A DNA stretch of 64,000 bases, taken from the NCBI GenBank assembly GCA_964397315.1, contig CAYNHV010000001.1, positions 12,367-76,366 on the forward strand, in the 5' to 3' direction. The notes beneath the pieces were generated by a model. It was not told where the DNA came from, did no database searches, and saw only the letters and a program-made list of their open reading frames with translations. The DNA comes from an uncultured Methanosarcinales archaeon. GTDB taxonomy: Archaea > Nanobdellota > Nanobdellia > Woesearchaeales > UBA12501. Each line of letters begins with the position of its first letter. Positions within the stretch are counted from its first letter, which is position 1. Both the position numbers and the translations under genes were made by a program. This document shows positions 28,955-39,046 of the stretch, piece after piece.

Positions 28955-29750
28955 TCTTGATCATCTCCAGAAGGGTGCTGTGTGACCTGTTGTTTGACAC
29001 TATAAAGCCTCCTTCCACCAGAGTGGAGGGCTTGTTGTATTTTAAAGGTTTCCCCTCCAGGCCTGTCATGATGCCTCCAGCCTCCCTGACTACGATGTCC
29101 ATTGCGCAGATATCCCACTCATGGACAGGACCGAGCCTTATGTAAACATCAGCCTCTCCTGCTGCTATAAGGCATCCCTTGACCGAGCTTCCGCTGGTAA
29201 TCGTAGATTTGAAGCCTGCTTCTTTTATTATTCTAAGGAGATTTTCTGAAGCGTGAGACCTGCTCCTTACTATTGTCATATCACTTATTTTGCCATTGCC
29301 TGAAACGCTTATCCTCCTTTTGCTCCCTTTTTTCTCGTGGAACGCCCCTCCCCCTTTCACAGCCCAGTACAGGTCTTCCTTTGCAGGCACGAATATCACT
29401 CCCAGCACTGGCTCTCCCTGCATGACAAGGGCTATGTTCACAGTAAACTCGCCAAGCTTGTTTATGAACTCCCTCGTGCCGTCCAGAGGGTCCACCACCC
29501 ACAAGGCATCTGCCCCAAGCCTTCCTGTGTCATCCTCTGCCTCCTCTGTGAGCATGGGATGTGGGAATCTTTTCAGCTCTTCTGTTATTATGTCATTGGC
29601 TGCATGGTCCGCTTCTGTCACAGGATTGTCCTCTCTTCCACCCTTCTGCCTGACACTGACACCCTCCCTTTCCTGAGAGTAGAACTCCATAATCCTCCTG
29701 CCGGCTTTCAGGGCTGCATTCCTGGCTGCCTCAAGCTCTTTCTCAAACAT
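28947..29750 (-). CDS. cysQ: inositol-monophosphatase-fold phosphatase, CysQ-like 3'(2'),5'-bisphosphate nucleotidase candidate
   Basis: 'WVVDPLDGTREF' and 'EADVYIRLG' IMPase/CysQ motifs, with the PAPS genes as context. 267 aa. Confidence 0.7.
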   Translation of the reverse strand: MFEKELEAARNAALKAGRRIMEFYSQEREGVSVRQKGGREDNPVTEADHAANDIITEELKRFPHPMLTEEAEDDTGRLGADALWVVDPLDGTREFINKLGEFTVNIALVMQGEPVLGVIFVPAKEDLYWAVKGGGAFHEKKGSKRRISVSGNGKISDMTIVRSRSHASENLLRIIKEAGFKSTITSGSSVKGCLIAAGEADVYIRLGPVHEWDICAMDIVVREAGGIMTGLEGKPLKYNKPSTLVEGGFIVSNNRSHSTLLEMIKND

Positions 29751-29945
29751 GATTCAGAGCCTGCAGGCCAGGTTTATATAGTTTTTGCAAGGATTAATCA
29801 AGAGGATGAGGTGTTCCAAGAGTGGTTTGCTTATGATGCCAGGCACTTCCAGGGGGGATAATAAGTTTATGCTGATAAATCCTGGTACTTCCCTCCCTTG
29901 CGAGGCTGGGTTAATGCTGATAGCTCATGGTAATTCCCGCCCTTA

Positions 29946-30078
29946 CTGCACAACTGCTTAGCAGGTTCACACCTTCTGGAACAGCACGACTCTCTGCTTC
30001 TGCCTCTAATAAGCCCTCCCAATGATATGCTTAAAGCGCTCTGTGGAGTTGGTGCTCTGAGCATGTTAAAGGGGGGGA
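29946..30078. repeat. conserved ~100-bp intergenic element, copy 2 (with ~45-nt insertion relative to copy 1)
   Basis: Same core as 26033..26133. Located ~250 bp upstream of the + strand sulfotransferase gene. Confidence 0.5.
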
Positions 30079-30332
30079 GAACTCTGGAGGAATTCACCCT
30101 TATAAAACGAGCATCATTCTTAGAACTCATAAACAGGAATGCAGCAAAGCTTGCATTAACCACCATATTTAGAGGAGGCTCAATTTCCTGCGCGTGAACT
30201 GAGTAACGCCGTTCTGGCGGCAATATCTGGAGGATTTACGAATCTTAAATAATATTCTGAGTGGCGGTCAACTTTGCTTGTGCTGAAGTGTTTTCAGCAA
30301 TCTTTAAATATGCGAAGTTTTGCTTAAACTAC

Positions 30333-30893
30333 ATGGTCAACTACATAGTCTCAGGCTGCCCCAGGTCAGGAACCTCCATGCTCATGAGGATACTGAACAA
30401 TGCAGGATTTCCAATTGCCAGGGATGAGAAGAGGAAGGCTGACAAGGACAATGTGCACGGATATTTTGAGGTGCATAACATAATAAACAAGCTTAAGGAC
30501 AATCCCGAGCTTGTGTCCAGGTATGACAACAAGATTCTTAAGGTGACGCACTTCGGCATCCAGTACCTTCCTGAGAGGGAAGAAGGATGGTACAAGGTGA
30601 TATACATTGAGAGGGACATTGAGGAGGTTCTTGACTCAATGGAGAAGATGATGGGCCAGTCTGACGAGCAGAGAGAGGAAACAAGGCAGGCCTTCCTGAA
30701 GTTTGACAAGAAGGTGAGAGAGCTCATGGAGGAGAGGGAGGACATTGATTACATAATAGTGAGCCACAGGAAGCTGATAAAAAAGCCAGATCCTGAGATT
30801 GAAAGGATAATAAGTTTCTACGGCATTGACCCATCAAGAAAGAAGGCAATGCTTGAGGCGATTGACCCAAAGAGCTACAGGAACAGGAGATAG
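30333..30893 (+). CDS. sulfotransferase family protein
   Basis: 5'-PSB-like 'IVSGCPRSGTSML' at the N-terminus and an 'IERD' region. Start chosen at 'MVNYIV'; the track ORF begins 24 codons upstream at 30261. Confidence 0.6.
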   Translation: MVNYIVSGCPRSGTSMLMRILNNAGFPIARDEKRKADKDNVHGYFEVHNIINKLKDNPELVSRYDNKILKVTHFGIQYLPEREEGWYKVIYIERDIEEVLDSMEKMMGQSDEQREETRQAFLKFDKKVRELMEEREDIDYIIVSHRKLIKKPDPEIERIISFYGIDPSRKKAMLEAIDPKSYRNRR

Positions 30894-30894
30894 C

Positions 30895-31122
30895 TCATTC
30901 AAGATAACCCAGGCTTCTCAGCCTTTTCTTTATCTTTTCCTCATCCTCTTTTGAGAATGACTCCTGCCTGTTCTTCCCCTCCACCCTGTCCATGACCTGC
31001 TCCATGACATAGGTTATGTATTCTCCTGCATCGCTGAACTCGCTGCTTTTGACTCTCTTGTCAATCCTCTTTGCCAGCTTCTCGGGTATGCTGATGCTTC
31101 TTTTTCCAGCCATTGCCATCAT
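30895..31122 (-). CDS. ribbon-helix-helix (CopG/Arc-like) DNA-binding protein
   Basis: 'KRSISIPEKLAKRIDK' is a beta-strand-helix pattern. 75 aa. Confidence 0.5.
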   Translation of the reverse strand: MMAMAGKRSISIPEKLAKRIDKRVKSSEFSDAGEYITYVMEQVMDRVEGKNRQESFSKEDEEKIKKRLRSLGYLE

Positions 31123-31146
31123 CTCCTTTCCGTAAGTTTCCTGATT

Positions 31147-33354
31147 TCACTCCCACTGCTTGATGTAGGTGACAACCCTTCCCCCCACAGGGTCTGAGAC
31201 ATCACTCAGAAGCTTGAACTTCTCAACCCCTATGCCATTCATGAAGTAAAGCCTTGCGAACACGCTGTCAGTAAGCTCTGTTCTCATGAGAACAGCCTTG
31301 TAAGCTCCTGTTTCAGGATACACCAGGAGGGTGTAAGGGCCTGTCTGGTTTGACTCAAAAATGCTGTCCTGCCCCACTATAATCACTGGGAATTGCTGGC
31401 CCTTATACTCCAGCTCTCCGCTTTTCATGTCAAGCACAAAGTTCTTCCCGCATTTCATAATTCTCTGCTCCTTGTCCTGGGAGCAGCGCGAGGGCTGCGA
31501 TATGGAAGGTATCTTTGGAAGGCTGAAGTCCTCGTGCTCCTCTGCATTGAAGTCCCAGTTTGTGTAGTATCTGAAAACATCCATCTTGCCTATCATGTCA
31601 TTGTCAAGCACAAGATACCCCTTCTGAGGGTTTTTGCAGAAGTCCTGGCTGAGGTTTATCTCGGGGCTTCTGCTTCTTTTTCCGCAGTCCAGCATCCTGA
31701 ATATCCTTATCGCCTCTGTCTCGTTTGACGTAAGGGCCCTCGCTGTCCAGTAGAGCCTTGGATTACCACTGCCGCCTGCAGCGTTGTTTATGAGCACATC
31801 ATCATCAAGATAATACTCATAAAGGTAGCCGTTGTGCCACCACAGATTTACTATGAAATCACCTGTTGCATTCTCCAGAATGTCCCTGCTTGCCTTCTCA
31901 ACAGGGCTTGTCATCAGGGGCGTCCTGGCTGTCCTTTCCTGGATGGCAGGAGAGAGTGATGCTGAGATTATGACAAGGAGTATGATGGTGAGTATAGCAA
32001 AAGAGTGCTTAACAGGAATCCTGGGCTTCAGCTTCTTGTCTGCAAAATTCAGCAGATGGGTGCTGCCGTAGGATATCAGAATAACAAAGGGCAGGCCGAA
32101 GAAGGAAAGGAACCTTATTGACTTCCAGCCAACAAAGAGCATCATAAGGAACCATAACGATGTAAAGACAGCGTATTTTGTTTTTTTGCCTGGCTTCCTG
32201 TGATGATAAATCATCATTAATAGTGACAGGAGGGCGAGAGCCGCGAGAATGCTGCCGTTAAGGACATAAAGCAGCGCGCTTTTTCCAGGCTGGGCTACCT
32301 CCATTCTTTCTTTTGCTGAGAAAAGCTCTGTTGTTGTTGAGAGTGCGCTGGGAAAGTTTCCTGTCTCCTCAAGCATGCCTAGCTTCTTCTTGACCCTGTC
32401 CACCTCGCTTCTCACGGATTTTGTGTCATCAGCTATTGAGAACACGCCTATTACAATTACAGTGAGTATTACTGCAACGACATAGTATTTTCTTGAGCCT
32501 TTCTCTTTTATTTTCCAGTATAACTCATATGCTGCATAAAGCACTGCAAACAAGATGATTATGAATATGATATAGTACCAACCTGACCAGGTGAACCTGA
32601 ACAGCAGTGTGACAGGCATTATCAGCAGAAGACAGATTATCTGCCTTATGTTGTTTCTTGCCTTGTCTTTCAGGCTTTTTCCCTTGTTCTTCATGCCAAT
32701 GCCTTCAAAGAACAGGAATACTATCAGGGCTGAGAGGAAGAGGTTGAGGAAGTTCGTGTCAACAAATCCTGCCTGCGTGGCTGTGAAGTACTGGGGGTGT
32801 ACGGCGAGCAGGAATGACGCAAGAAAGCCTCCCATGTTGTTCGTGAGCTTTCTTGCTGTGAAGAAAACAAGGACTATTGTGAGGAGGGAGAATATTGTGG
32901 GAAGCCAGAATGCAGTTCCCATCAGAGTGGCATTGCTGTTGAATGCGCTGGCCAGTTTGTAGGTGTTTGCCTCAAGCCACGGCAGGAATGACCTTGCTTC
33001 ACCGCCCTCAAGAACATGGTTTGTCCTCCTGAGATAGGTGTATGAATCAACACCATAGATGTAGGTGTTTCCATTATCATCCCTGAAAGCGCTCTTGTAC
33101 TGATCTGAGACCTCTTTTATCTTCTCTTTTGCCTGGCTTGTGCCTATAAGATTTTCGCTGCCCGTGCTCCTGTAGTATGCATTAACATTCTCCTCTGCCA
33201 TCCTGTCAATTGCAGGAAGGCCTGCCGCGTAGAGGTGGAGGGAGAGGCAGACTATGAGGGGGATGAGGATGAGAAATGCTGTCTGGCGCTTTTGCAGGAA
33301 CTTCCCTGCTTGTTTCATGCCTATTGAGACATCATCTTTTTTCTTTGAGGCCAT
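31147..33354 (-). CDS. aglB: AglB/STT3-like oligosaccharyltransferase (variant WWDYG motif: WWHNG)
   Basis: 735 aa. A TM1-first-loop 'GVDSYTYLRRTNHVLEGG' resembles the STT3 EL1 'DPYFNYRATRYLVENG'. There are ~12 TM segments, followed by a C-terminal soluble domain with 'NLWWHNGYLYEY'. Confidence 0.6.
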   Translation of the reverse strand: MASKKKDDVSIGMKQAGKFLQKRQTAFLILIPLIVCLSLHLYAAGLPAIDRMAEENVNAYYRSTGSENLIGTSQAKEKIKEVSDQYKSAFRDDNGNTYIYGVDSYTYLRRTNHVLEGGEARSFLPWLEANTYKLASAFNSNATLMGTAFWLPTIFSLLTIVLVFFTARKLTNNMGGFLASFLLAVHPQYFTATQAGFVDTNFLNLFLSALIVFLFFEGIGMKNKGKSLKDKARNNIRQIICLLLIMPVTLLFRFTWSGWYYIIFIIILFAVLYAAYELYWKIKEKGSRKYYVVAVILTVIVIGVFSIADDTKSVRSEVDRVKKKLGMLEETGNFPSALSTTTELFSAKERMEVAQPGKSALLYVLNGSILAALALLSLLMMIYHHRKPGKKTKYAVFTSLWFLMMLFVGWKSIRFLSFFGLPFVILISYGSTHLLNFADKKLKPRIPVKHSFAILTIILLVIISASLSPAIQERTARTPLMTSPVEKASRDILENATGDFIVNLWWHNGYLYEYYLDDDVLINNAAGGSGNPRLYWTARALTSNETEAIRIFRMLDCGKRSRSPEINLSQDFCKNPQKGYLVLDNDMIGKMDVFRYYTNWDFNAEEHEDFSLPKIPSISQPSRCSQDKEQRIMKCGKNFVLDMKSGELEYKGQQFPVIIVGQDSIFESNQTGPYTLLVYPETGAYKAVLMRTELTDSVFARLYFMNGIGVEKFKLLSDVSDPVGGRVVTYIKQWE

Positions 33355-33425
33355 TGTGCATGGCCAGCGAGGGCTGGTTTATAAATATTTTGAAGGCTCT
33401 GGCTTTGCATCAGAAAACTATTTAA

Positions 33426-34253
33426 ATGAGGCAGGAAAAGGTAGTGCCTGAGGGTTTTTTAATGAAGCTCATAGACAATAGGGGAAGGCTATTCGGAAAG
33501 TATAACATCATAGATGTGATGGTTGTCCTGTTCATACTCTTAGTGGTTATTGTGGGAGCAAGGTTTGTTCTTGTCCAGCCAGAAGCTGAATGGACCATAG
33601 TTAAGGTGAGGGCAGGCAACCAGCCTGACTATGTTGCTGACAGCCTCGCTGTTGGAGACCTTTTATTGGGTGGTGAAGGCAATGTCATAGGCAACATAAC
33701 AGAGCTGCAGATTCTGCCTGACGGAGGGGACAACAAGAACATTGTGATGAAACTCAATCTCAATACTGAAACCCAGGATAACAAGACACTCTTTAATGAC
33801 AATGAGCTGAAGATCGGCTCTAGCATAGGGATTAGCACAAAGAAAGTGACTGTAAAAGGCACTGTCACTATTGCAGGGTTCGAAGGCAGGAAGATAACAA
33901 AGGAGGAGCTTGTTGACAGGACAGTTCAGCTAGAGATCAGGAATGCGAGGCCCTGGCTTGCAGATGCTGTTTCAGAAGGCGCCAGCCAGAGGAACAGCAA
34001 GAACAGGGTTGTGGCTGAGGTGGTTGAGAAGAATGTTGAGCCTGCAGAAGTGGTCTTTACAACAGAGACAGGAGAGGTTGTAAAGCGAGACCATCCTGTT
34101 AACAAGGATGTGACCCTTGGAGTGAGACTTACATTAGAGGAGAGAGAGGGCGGGCTTTACTTCCAGGGCCGCAAGGTCAGCATAAGCAGGAGCCTGAAGC
34201 TTGAGCTTGACAGTGTTGAGATCAGCGGCACTATCACGTCAATAAGCGGGTGA
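33426..34253 (+). CDS. membrane-anchored extracellular hypothetical protein
   Basis: N-terminal TM 'IIDVMVVLFILLVVIVGARFVLV' followed by a beta-rich T/V/N-rich domain. 275 aa; the start could be internal 'MKLIDN'. Confidence 0.4.
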   Translation: MRQEKVVPEGFLMKLIDNRGRLFGKYNIIDVMVVLFILLVVIVGARFVLVQPEAEWTIVKVRAGNQPDYVADSLAVGDLLLGGEGNVIGNITELQILPDGGDNKNIVMKLNLNTETQDNKTLFNDNELKIGSSIGISTKKVTVKGTVTIAGFEGRKITKEELVDRTVQLEIRNARPWLADAVSEGASQRNSKNRVVAEVVEKNVEPAEVVFTTETGEVVKRDHPVNKDVTLGVRLTLEEREGGLYFQGRKVSISRSLKLELDSVEISGTITSISG

Positions 34254-34408
34254 ACGCATCTGCTGCCATTCTAAAGGCTGTTCCGGTCTGCGCTTCGCAG
34301 TTTCAGAAAATTTATAAATGTATTATGCGATATACTCTCCTAAAGCATTATTTACAAGAGCATTATTTGCAAGATTATTAAATTGTTCGCTCTGCAGGGG
34401 CCGCGCTT

Positions 34409-37132
34409 ATGCCTGAAAAAAAAGAGAGCTGGCATGCAAAATCCATTGACGAGATGTTCAAGAGTCTTGACACCAAAAGGGATGGGCTTTCGTCCAAGGA
34501 TGCTGAAAAGCGGCTTGAGGAGCACGGCTACAATGAGTTCAGCGCAGGAGAGAAGAAAACACCCATCAGGATATTCCTCAGGCAGTTCAAGAGCCTTCTT
34601 GTGTGGATACTGATCCTTGCAGCAGGAATATCATTCTTCATAGGCCACACCATAGAGTTTGCTGTCATCCTCATAATCATAATCCTCATAATCATCATAA
34701 ACTTCTTCGGAGAGTACAAGGCATCACGGGACATGGAGGCCCTGAAGGAGCTGAGCCCTAAAAAGTCTGTTGTGATAAGGGATGGAAAGAAGAAAGAGAT
34801 ACTCTCAAGGGAGCTCGTGCAAGGAGACATTCTCGTGCTGAGAAGGGGGGATATTGCAGGGGCTGACGCGAGGCTGATAGAATGCAACACCATCAAGGCT
34901 GACGAGTCAGCATTGACCGGAGAGTCTGAGCCTGTGCTGAAGAAGACAGGGACATTCAAGGATGATGCCCCTCTTGCCCAGAGGAAGAACATGGTTTTCT
35001 CAGGGACGAGCATCACAGACGGCAACGGACTTGCTGTTGTGGTGGATGTGGGAGAGGGCACTGAGATGGGAAAGATATCCGCGATGATGAAGGGTGTAAA
35101 AGAGGAGAAAACACCGCTCCAGAAAAGGCTGGACAGGATGACCAAGCAGATATCAGTTGGAGTTGTTTTCCTCTCGCTCATAGTCTTCTTCACAGGCCTC
35201 GCCCATGAGATTCCACTGGCAGCCATGCTGATATTCTCCATGGCAGTGATAGTGTCAGGAATACCTGAGAGCCTGCCCACTGTGATTGCCATCACCCTTG
35301 CAGCAGGCGTGAAGAAGATGGCGGGCAGGAACGCCATAGTAAAGAGGATGCCCGCTGTTGAGACCCTAGGAACCTGCACCACAATATGCTCTGACAAGAC
35401 AGGCACAATAACCCAGAACAAGATGGTGGTCCAGAATATCCTCACCTCTGATGTTGAGCTGGATGTGACAGGAGAGGGGTACAAGCCTGAAGGCATTTTC
35501 CTGCTTGAGGATGATGAGTTTGATCCCATGAAGCATAAGACAGTGTCAAAGATGCTTGAGATAGGGGTGTTGTGCAACAACTCAGAGGTAAAAAATGAGA
35601 AAGGAAGGTGGAGCATTGACGGAGAGGCCACAGAAGGCTCCCTCATGGTTCTGGCAAAAAAAGCAGGGATAGACCATGAGGAGTACAGGAACAGCTATGA
35701 GAGGAAGAAGGAGCATCCGTTTGATGCTGATAGGAAGTGCATGAGCACAGTCCATGTGCACAAGAAAAAGCATTTTGTATACTCAAAGGGAGCTCCTGAG
35801 ATGCTCCTGAAAAAGGCAAAATACTACCTGCACGCTGGAGAGGTTAAGAAGCTTGACAGGAAGACAGCTGACTTCTTCATTGAGCAGAACAGAGCTTACG
35901 CGGAAAATGGCCTGAGGGTTCTGGGGCTGGCTTTCAAGGAGCACAAGGGATCAATGGAGATTGAGGATGTGGAGTCAGAGCTTGTTTTTGCCGGCCTGGT
36001 GTCAATAAGAGACCCTCCGAGAGAGGGGGTCAAGGGCTCAGTGGAGAAGTGCAGGCAGGCTGGAATGAGGGTTGTCATGATCACAGGGGATAATGAGGCA
36101 ACAGCAAAGTCAATAGCAGGAGATGTGGGCATATACTCTGAGGGTGACACTGTGATGACAGGCAGCCAGGTTGAGAGCATGGATGAGAATTCATTTAAGA
36201 GGGCTGTGAACAACACCACAGTGTACGCGAGAGTCTCGCCTTCCCACAAGCTCAAGATTGTTGACACCCTGCAGAAGGCAGGCAATGTGGTGGCAATGAC
36301 AGGAGACGGGGTGAATGACGCGCCTGCGCTGAAGAAATCTGATATAGGCATTGCAATGGGAGAGAGGGGGACTGAGGTTGCCAAGGAATCTGCAGAGCTG
36401 GTGCTCAAGGATGACAACTTCAACACAATAGCCAATGCAGTGGAGGAGGGAAGGACGATATACGAGAACATCAGGAAGTTCATAAGCTACCTTCTGGTGG
36501 GCAACATCTCAGAGGTCCTTATAGTGCTGATAGCAGTGGTTCTTGGAGTGAACCTGCCCCTCACAGCCCTGATGATACTATTCATAAACCTTGTGACAAG
36601 CGAGCTGCCTGCAATAGGCCTGAGCTTTGAGAAACCCTCCCCTAAGATCATGAGTGAGAAGCCCAGGGACCCTAATGAGGGAATACTCAGTGAGTACATA
36701 CTGCTCAAGATAGCCCAGATAGTGCCCCTGGTTGTGCTGGGCACAATAATAGTGTACACATGGGAGCTTGTGGTGAAGGGAGTTCCTCTGGCAAATGCGC
36801 AGACAGTGGCATTTGCTATAATAGTCTTTATGGAGCTGTTCCACTCCCTCAATGTGAGGAGCTGGGGTGAGTCAATATTCACCAGAAGGTTCTTCACAAA
36901 CGCGTACCTGCACGGAGGCATAATACTCTCTGCGCTTCTTACTCTCGCTGCTATATACCTCAGGCCCCTGCAGGAGATATTTGGTACAGTGCCGTTGGGA
37001 GCTGCTGAGTGGGTGATCATACTTGCGGTCTCAGCAAGCGTGATATTCTTCATGGAGATACAGAAGACCATAGTCCAGGCTGAGATGAGGGAGAAGCAGA
37101 AGATGGGCCTCTATCCATCAAGAGGTGGCTAG
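34409..37132 (+). CDS. cation-transporting P-type ATPase (type II, Ca2+/cation pump-like)
   Basis: 'CSDKTGTITQN' phosphorylation motif, 'TGDN', 'GDGVNDAPALKKSDIGIAMG' hinge, 10 TM segments. 907 aa. Confidence 0.9.
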   Translation: MPEKKESWHAKSIDEMFKSLDTKRDGLSSKDAEKRLEEHGYNEFSAGEKKTPIRIFLRQFKSLLVWILILAAGISFFIGHTIEFAVILIIIILIIIINFFGEYKASRDMEALKELSPKKSVVIRDGKKKEILSRELVQGDILVLRRGDIAGADARLIECNTIKADESALTGESEPVLKKTGTFKDDAPLAQRKNMVFSGTSITDGNGLAVVVDVGEGTEMGKISAMMKGVKEEKTPLQKRLDRMTKQISVGVVFLSLIVFFTGLAHEIPLAAMLIFSMAVIVSGIPESLPTVIAITLAAGVKKMAGRNAIVKRMPAVETLGTCTTICSDKTGTITQNKMVVQNILTSDVELDVTGEGYKPEGIFLLEDDEFDPMKHKTVSKMLEIGVLCNNSEVKNEKGRWSIDGEATEGSLMVLAKKAGIDHEEYRNSYERKKEHPFDADRKCMSTVHVHKKKHFVYSKGAPEMLLKKAKYYLHAGEVKKLDRKTADFFIEQNRAYAENGLRVLGLAFKEHKGSMEIEDVESELVFAGLVSIRDPPREGVKGSVEKCRQAGMRVVMITGDNEATAKSIAGDVGIYSEGDTVMTGSQVESMDENSFKRAVNNTTVYARVSPSHKLKIVDTLQKAGNVVAMTGDGVNDAPALKKSDIGIAMGERGTEVAKESAELVLKDDNFNTIANAVEEGRTIYENIRKFISYLLVGNISEVLIVLIAVVLGVNLPLTALMILFINLVTSELPAIGLSFEKPSPKIMSEKPRDPNEGILSEYILLKIAQIVPLVVLGTIIVYTWELVVKGVPLANAQTVAFAIIVFMELFHSLNVRSWGESIFTRRFFTNAYLHGGIILSALLTLAAIYLRPLQEIFGTVPLGAAEWVIILAVSASVIFFMEIQKTIVQAEMREKQKMGLYPSRGG

Positions 37133-37236
37133 TGAGGCAGTGGCTGTTGTTGTGTGTTAAAGCTCCTGCAACCAAGCTCTTGTCCTGGAACTTCTGCAGT
37201 ATCTCAAATATGCTGTTCTCTCTTTTTATGAATTTT

Positions 37237-37878
37237 TCAAACATTTTCAGCTTCCCTGTAGCGCACGCCTGTTTCCCTTCTGTACATCTTGCTTATCATC
37301 TCCAATGCAGGCTGGAAGTTGTATATGTGCCTCTTCATGAATGATATGGTGGATTCCAAGCTGTCAACAGGAATCCTGTCTGAGTAAGACACAGGAAAAT
37401 CGTCCAATAACTCTATGGAGTAGAATATGCCTTTTCCGGATCCTGTCTTTAAGCCTAATCTCCTGCAATGCTCTTTGAAATCTTCTGCATCGCTCTTTTT
37501 TACCTTTATGAAGATGGGGTAATGGTCCTTGAACCTTGCTATGTTGTATCCTCCTTTTGTCCATATAAAGACCGCGTCTGTCTTTGTGAAGCAGTATTTC
37601 ACCCCGAACAATCCCAACACAGAGTAGTGGAAGCTTATGCTGCCTGCAAAGTTCTCTTTGATATAATCCAAGGTGCTCCTGTAGAAGCTGTTGTTCTCGT
37701 CCAATTCCAACGCCTGCCTGCTGCTCCTGAAAACCCCCTTTTCAGCCAATTCCTTCACCCACTTGTGGGTCCAGCCATAGCTCAAGCCTATCCTTTTGGA
37801 TATTGAATTAATTGAATCCTTCTTCCTTGCTGCTATGATTATCCTCATAGTGTGCGGGTTCAATATGTCCAAATCCAT
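37237..37878 (-). CDS. hypothetical protein with N-terminal winged-helix-like segment
   Basis: 213-aa ORF; 'ISKRIGLSYGWTHKWVKELAEKGV' is HTH-like. Confidence 0.35.
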   Translation of the reverse strand: MDLDILNPHTMRIIIAARKKDSINSISKRIGLSYGWTHKWVKELAEKGVFRSSRQALELDENNSFYRSTLDYIKENFAGSISFHYSVLGLFGVKYCFTKTDAVFIWTKGGYNIARFKDHYPIFIKVKKSDAEDFKEHCRRLGLKTGSGKGIFYSIELLDDFPVSYSDRIPVDSLESTISFMKRHIYNFQPALEMISKMYRRETGVRYREAENV

Positions 37879-37961
37879 AGTTATCAGTATAGTGATAGGT
37901 AGTATTTAAAGGTTTTGGTTGTCAAAAAAGCCAAAAATATAAAAGAGAGTGTCTCTCAGCA

Positions 37962-38228
37962 TTGGGAATGGGGCATAGAGAGGTTTTCTGGCTCAGGTGC
38001 AGGTCATGCGGGAGGAGAGGGAAGTACATTGCAGACCCTGAGGAAATATCATATCAGAAAGGGCATGGCCTTATCCTGAAGTGGGGCCTTGAGTGCAAGT
38101 TCTGCAGCACACCCCTTACTCATGACAACCTGACAGAGATGAGTGTCAAGGAATTGTATATGTATCTGGCAGGCAGGCAGATTGGTGTTGCTGATCTTCT
38201 GCTGAAAGAGAATCGTTCAGATTACTGA
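37962..38228 (+). CDS. small zinc-ribbon protein (CxxC...CxxC)
   Basis: 'CRSCGRRG...CKFCSTP'. 88 aa. Its stop codon lies inside the 65-bp junction repeat. Confidence 0.4.
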   Translation: MGMGHREVFWLRCRSCGRRGKYIADPEEISYQKGHGLILKWGLECKFCSTPLTHDNLTEMSVKELYMYLAGRQIGVADLLLKENRSDY

Positions 38229-38290
38229 AAGATTTTTCCATAAAACCTTTCAGTGCACTGAAAGAAATAGGGTTTCGGCTGTGGGGATTG
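38225..38290. repeat. ~65-bp junction repeat copy 1 (CTGAAAGATTTTT..AAAACCTTTCAGTGCACTGAAAG..GGGTTTCGGCTG)
   Basis: A direct repeat of this sequence occurs at 40688..40753. It contains the inverted repeat CTGAAAG/CTTTCAG. Confidence 0.55.
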
Positions 38291-38392
38291 GTTTATAAAA
38301 GGCTGTTCTATTAGATTTAATAGGTTTATAAGGGTTTTTTGGGAGGATATGCTTTCTAAAACAAGAAAAATTTAAATATCAGAAAGTATTAT

Positions 38393-38629
38393 TTGATATT
38401 AATGGATATCACAGGATATGAAATTGAGATCAGGAGGCATGCTCTCATAAGGGCTATGCAGAGAGGAGTGAGCCCTGACATGGTGGAGGCCACAATAAAG
38501 GGAGGCAGAATAGAAAGTTTTGGAAAGAATAACAAAAGGTTTTCAAAAAAGTACAAGGCTTTCACAGTAGTCTGTGTTGATGAGATTACAGGCACAAGAG
38601 TAAAGATTGTTACAATAGAAACAAGATGA
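38393..38629 (+). CDS. small toxin-like protein (DUF4258/BrnT-like family guess) of a two-gene TA-like pair
   Basis: 78 aa. It overlaps by 4 nt with a downstream zinc-ribbon/SpoVT-AbrB antitoxin-like gene. Confidence 0.4.
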   Translation: MILMDITGYEIEIRRHALIRAMQRGVSPDMVEATIKGGRIESFGKNNKRFSKKYKAFTVVCVDEITGTRVKIVTIETR

Positions 38630-38946
38630 GGTGTGTTAAAATGGCAAAAAAATGTTCTGAATGCGGCGGGAGCATGAAAGAGCTCAAGGCAAAGACTTCT
38701 GAAGGCGTAAGCTACACTTATTTCAGGTGCGGGAAATGCGGGGAGGAGATCCTCAGCATGGGCCAGCTTCACAGTGTAGCAGAGAAGTACAGGAAAATCA
38801 AGAGATACCATGCAAAGCTCTCATCCTGGGGAAGAAACATAGGGCTCAGGATACCGAAGGAGCTGGCTGAGAGATACCATTTCAGCGATGATGACGAGGT
38901 CACCATAATCCCAGAGAAAGATGGAATAAGGATAATACCTGCCTGA
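38626..38946 (+). CDS. antitoxin-like protein: YgiT/MqsA-type zinc ribbon + SpoVT/AbrB-like C-terminal domain
   Basis: 'CSECGGSM...YTYFRCGKCGEE' followed by 'GRNIGLRIPKELAERYHFSDDDEVTIIPEKDGIRIIP'. Confidence 0.5.
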   Translation: MRCVKMAKKCSECGGSMKELKAKTSEGVSYTYFRCGKCGEEILSMGQLHSVAEKYRKIKRYHAKLSSWGRNIGLRIPKELAERYHFSDDDEVTIIPEKDGIRIIPA

Positions 38947-39046
38947 GCAATTACATTGTAGCGGAGACTCTCACAGAGGCTGAGCTAGGCAGGGAGCTTA
39001 ACAAGGATCTTGTAATATTCTGGAGTGTCCTGAGAAACATAAAACC

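Noticed and set aside
34528-37071. Long minus-strand ORFs (34528..35646, 35896..36483, 36487..37071) inside the P-type ATPase gene
   Set aside because: They are antisense to a gene with unmistakable DKTGT/GDGVNDAPAL motifs and have no motifs of their own.
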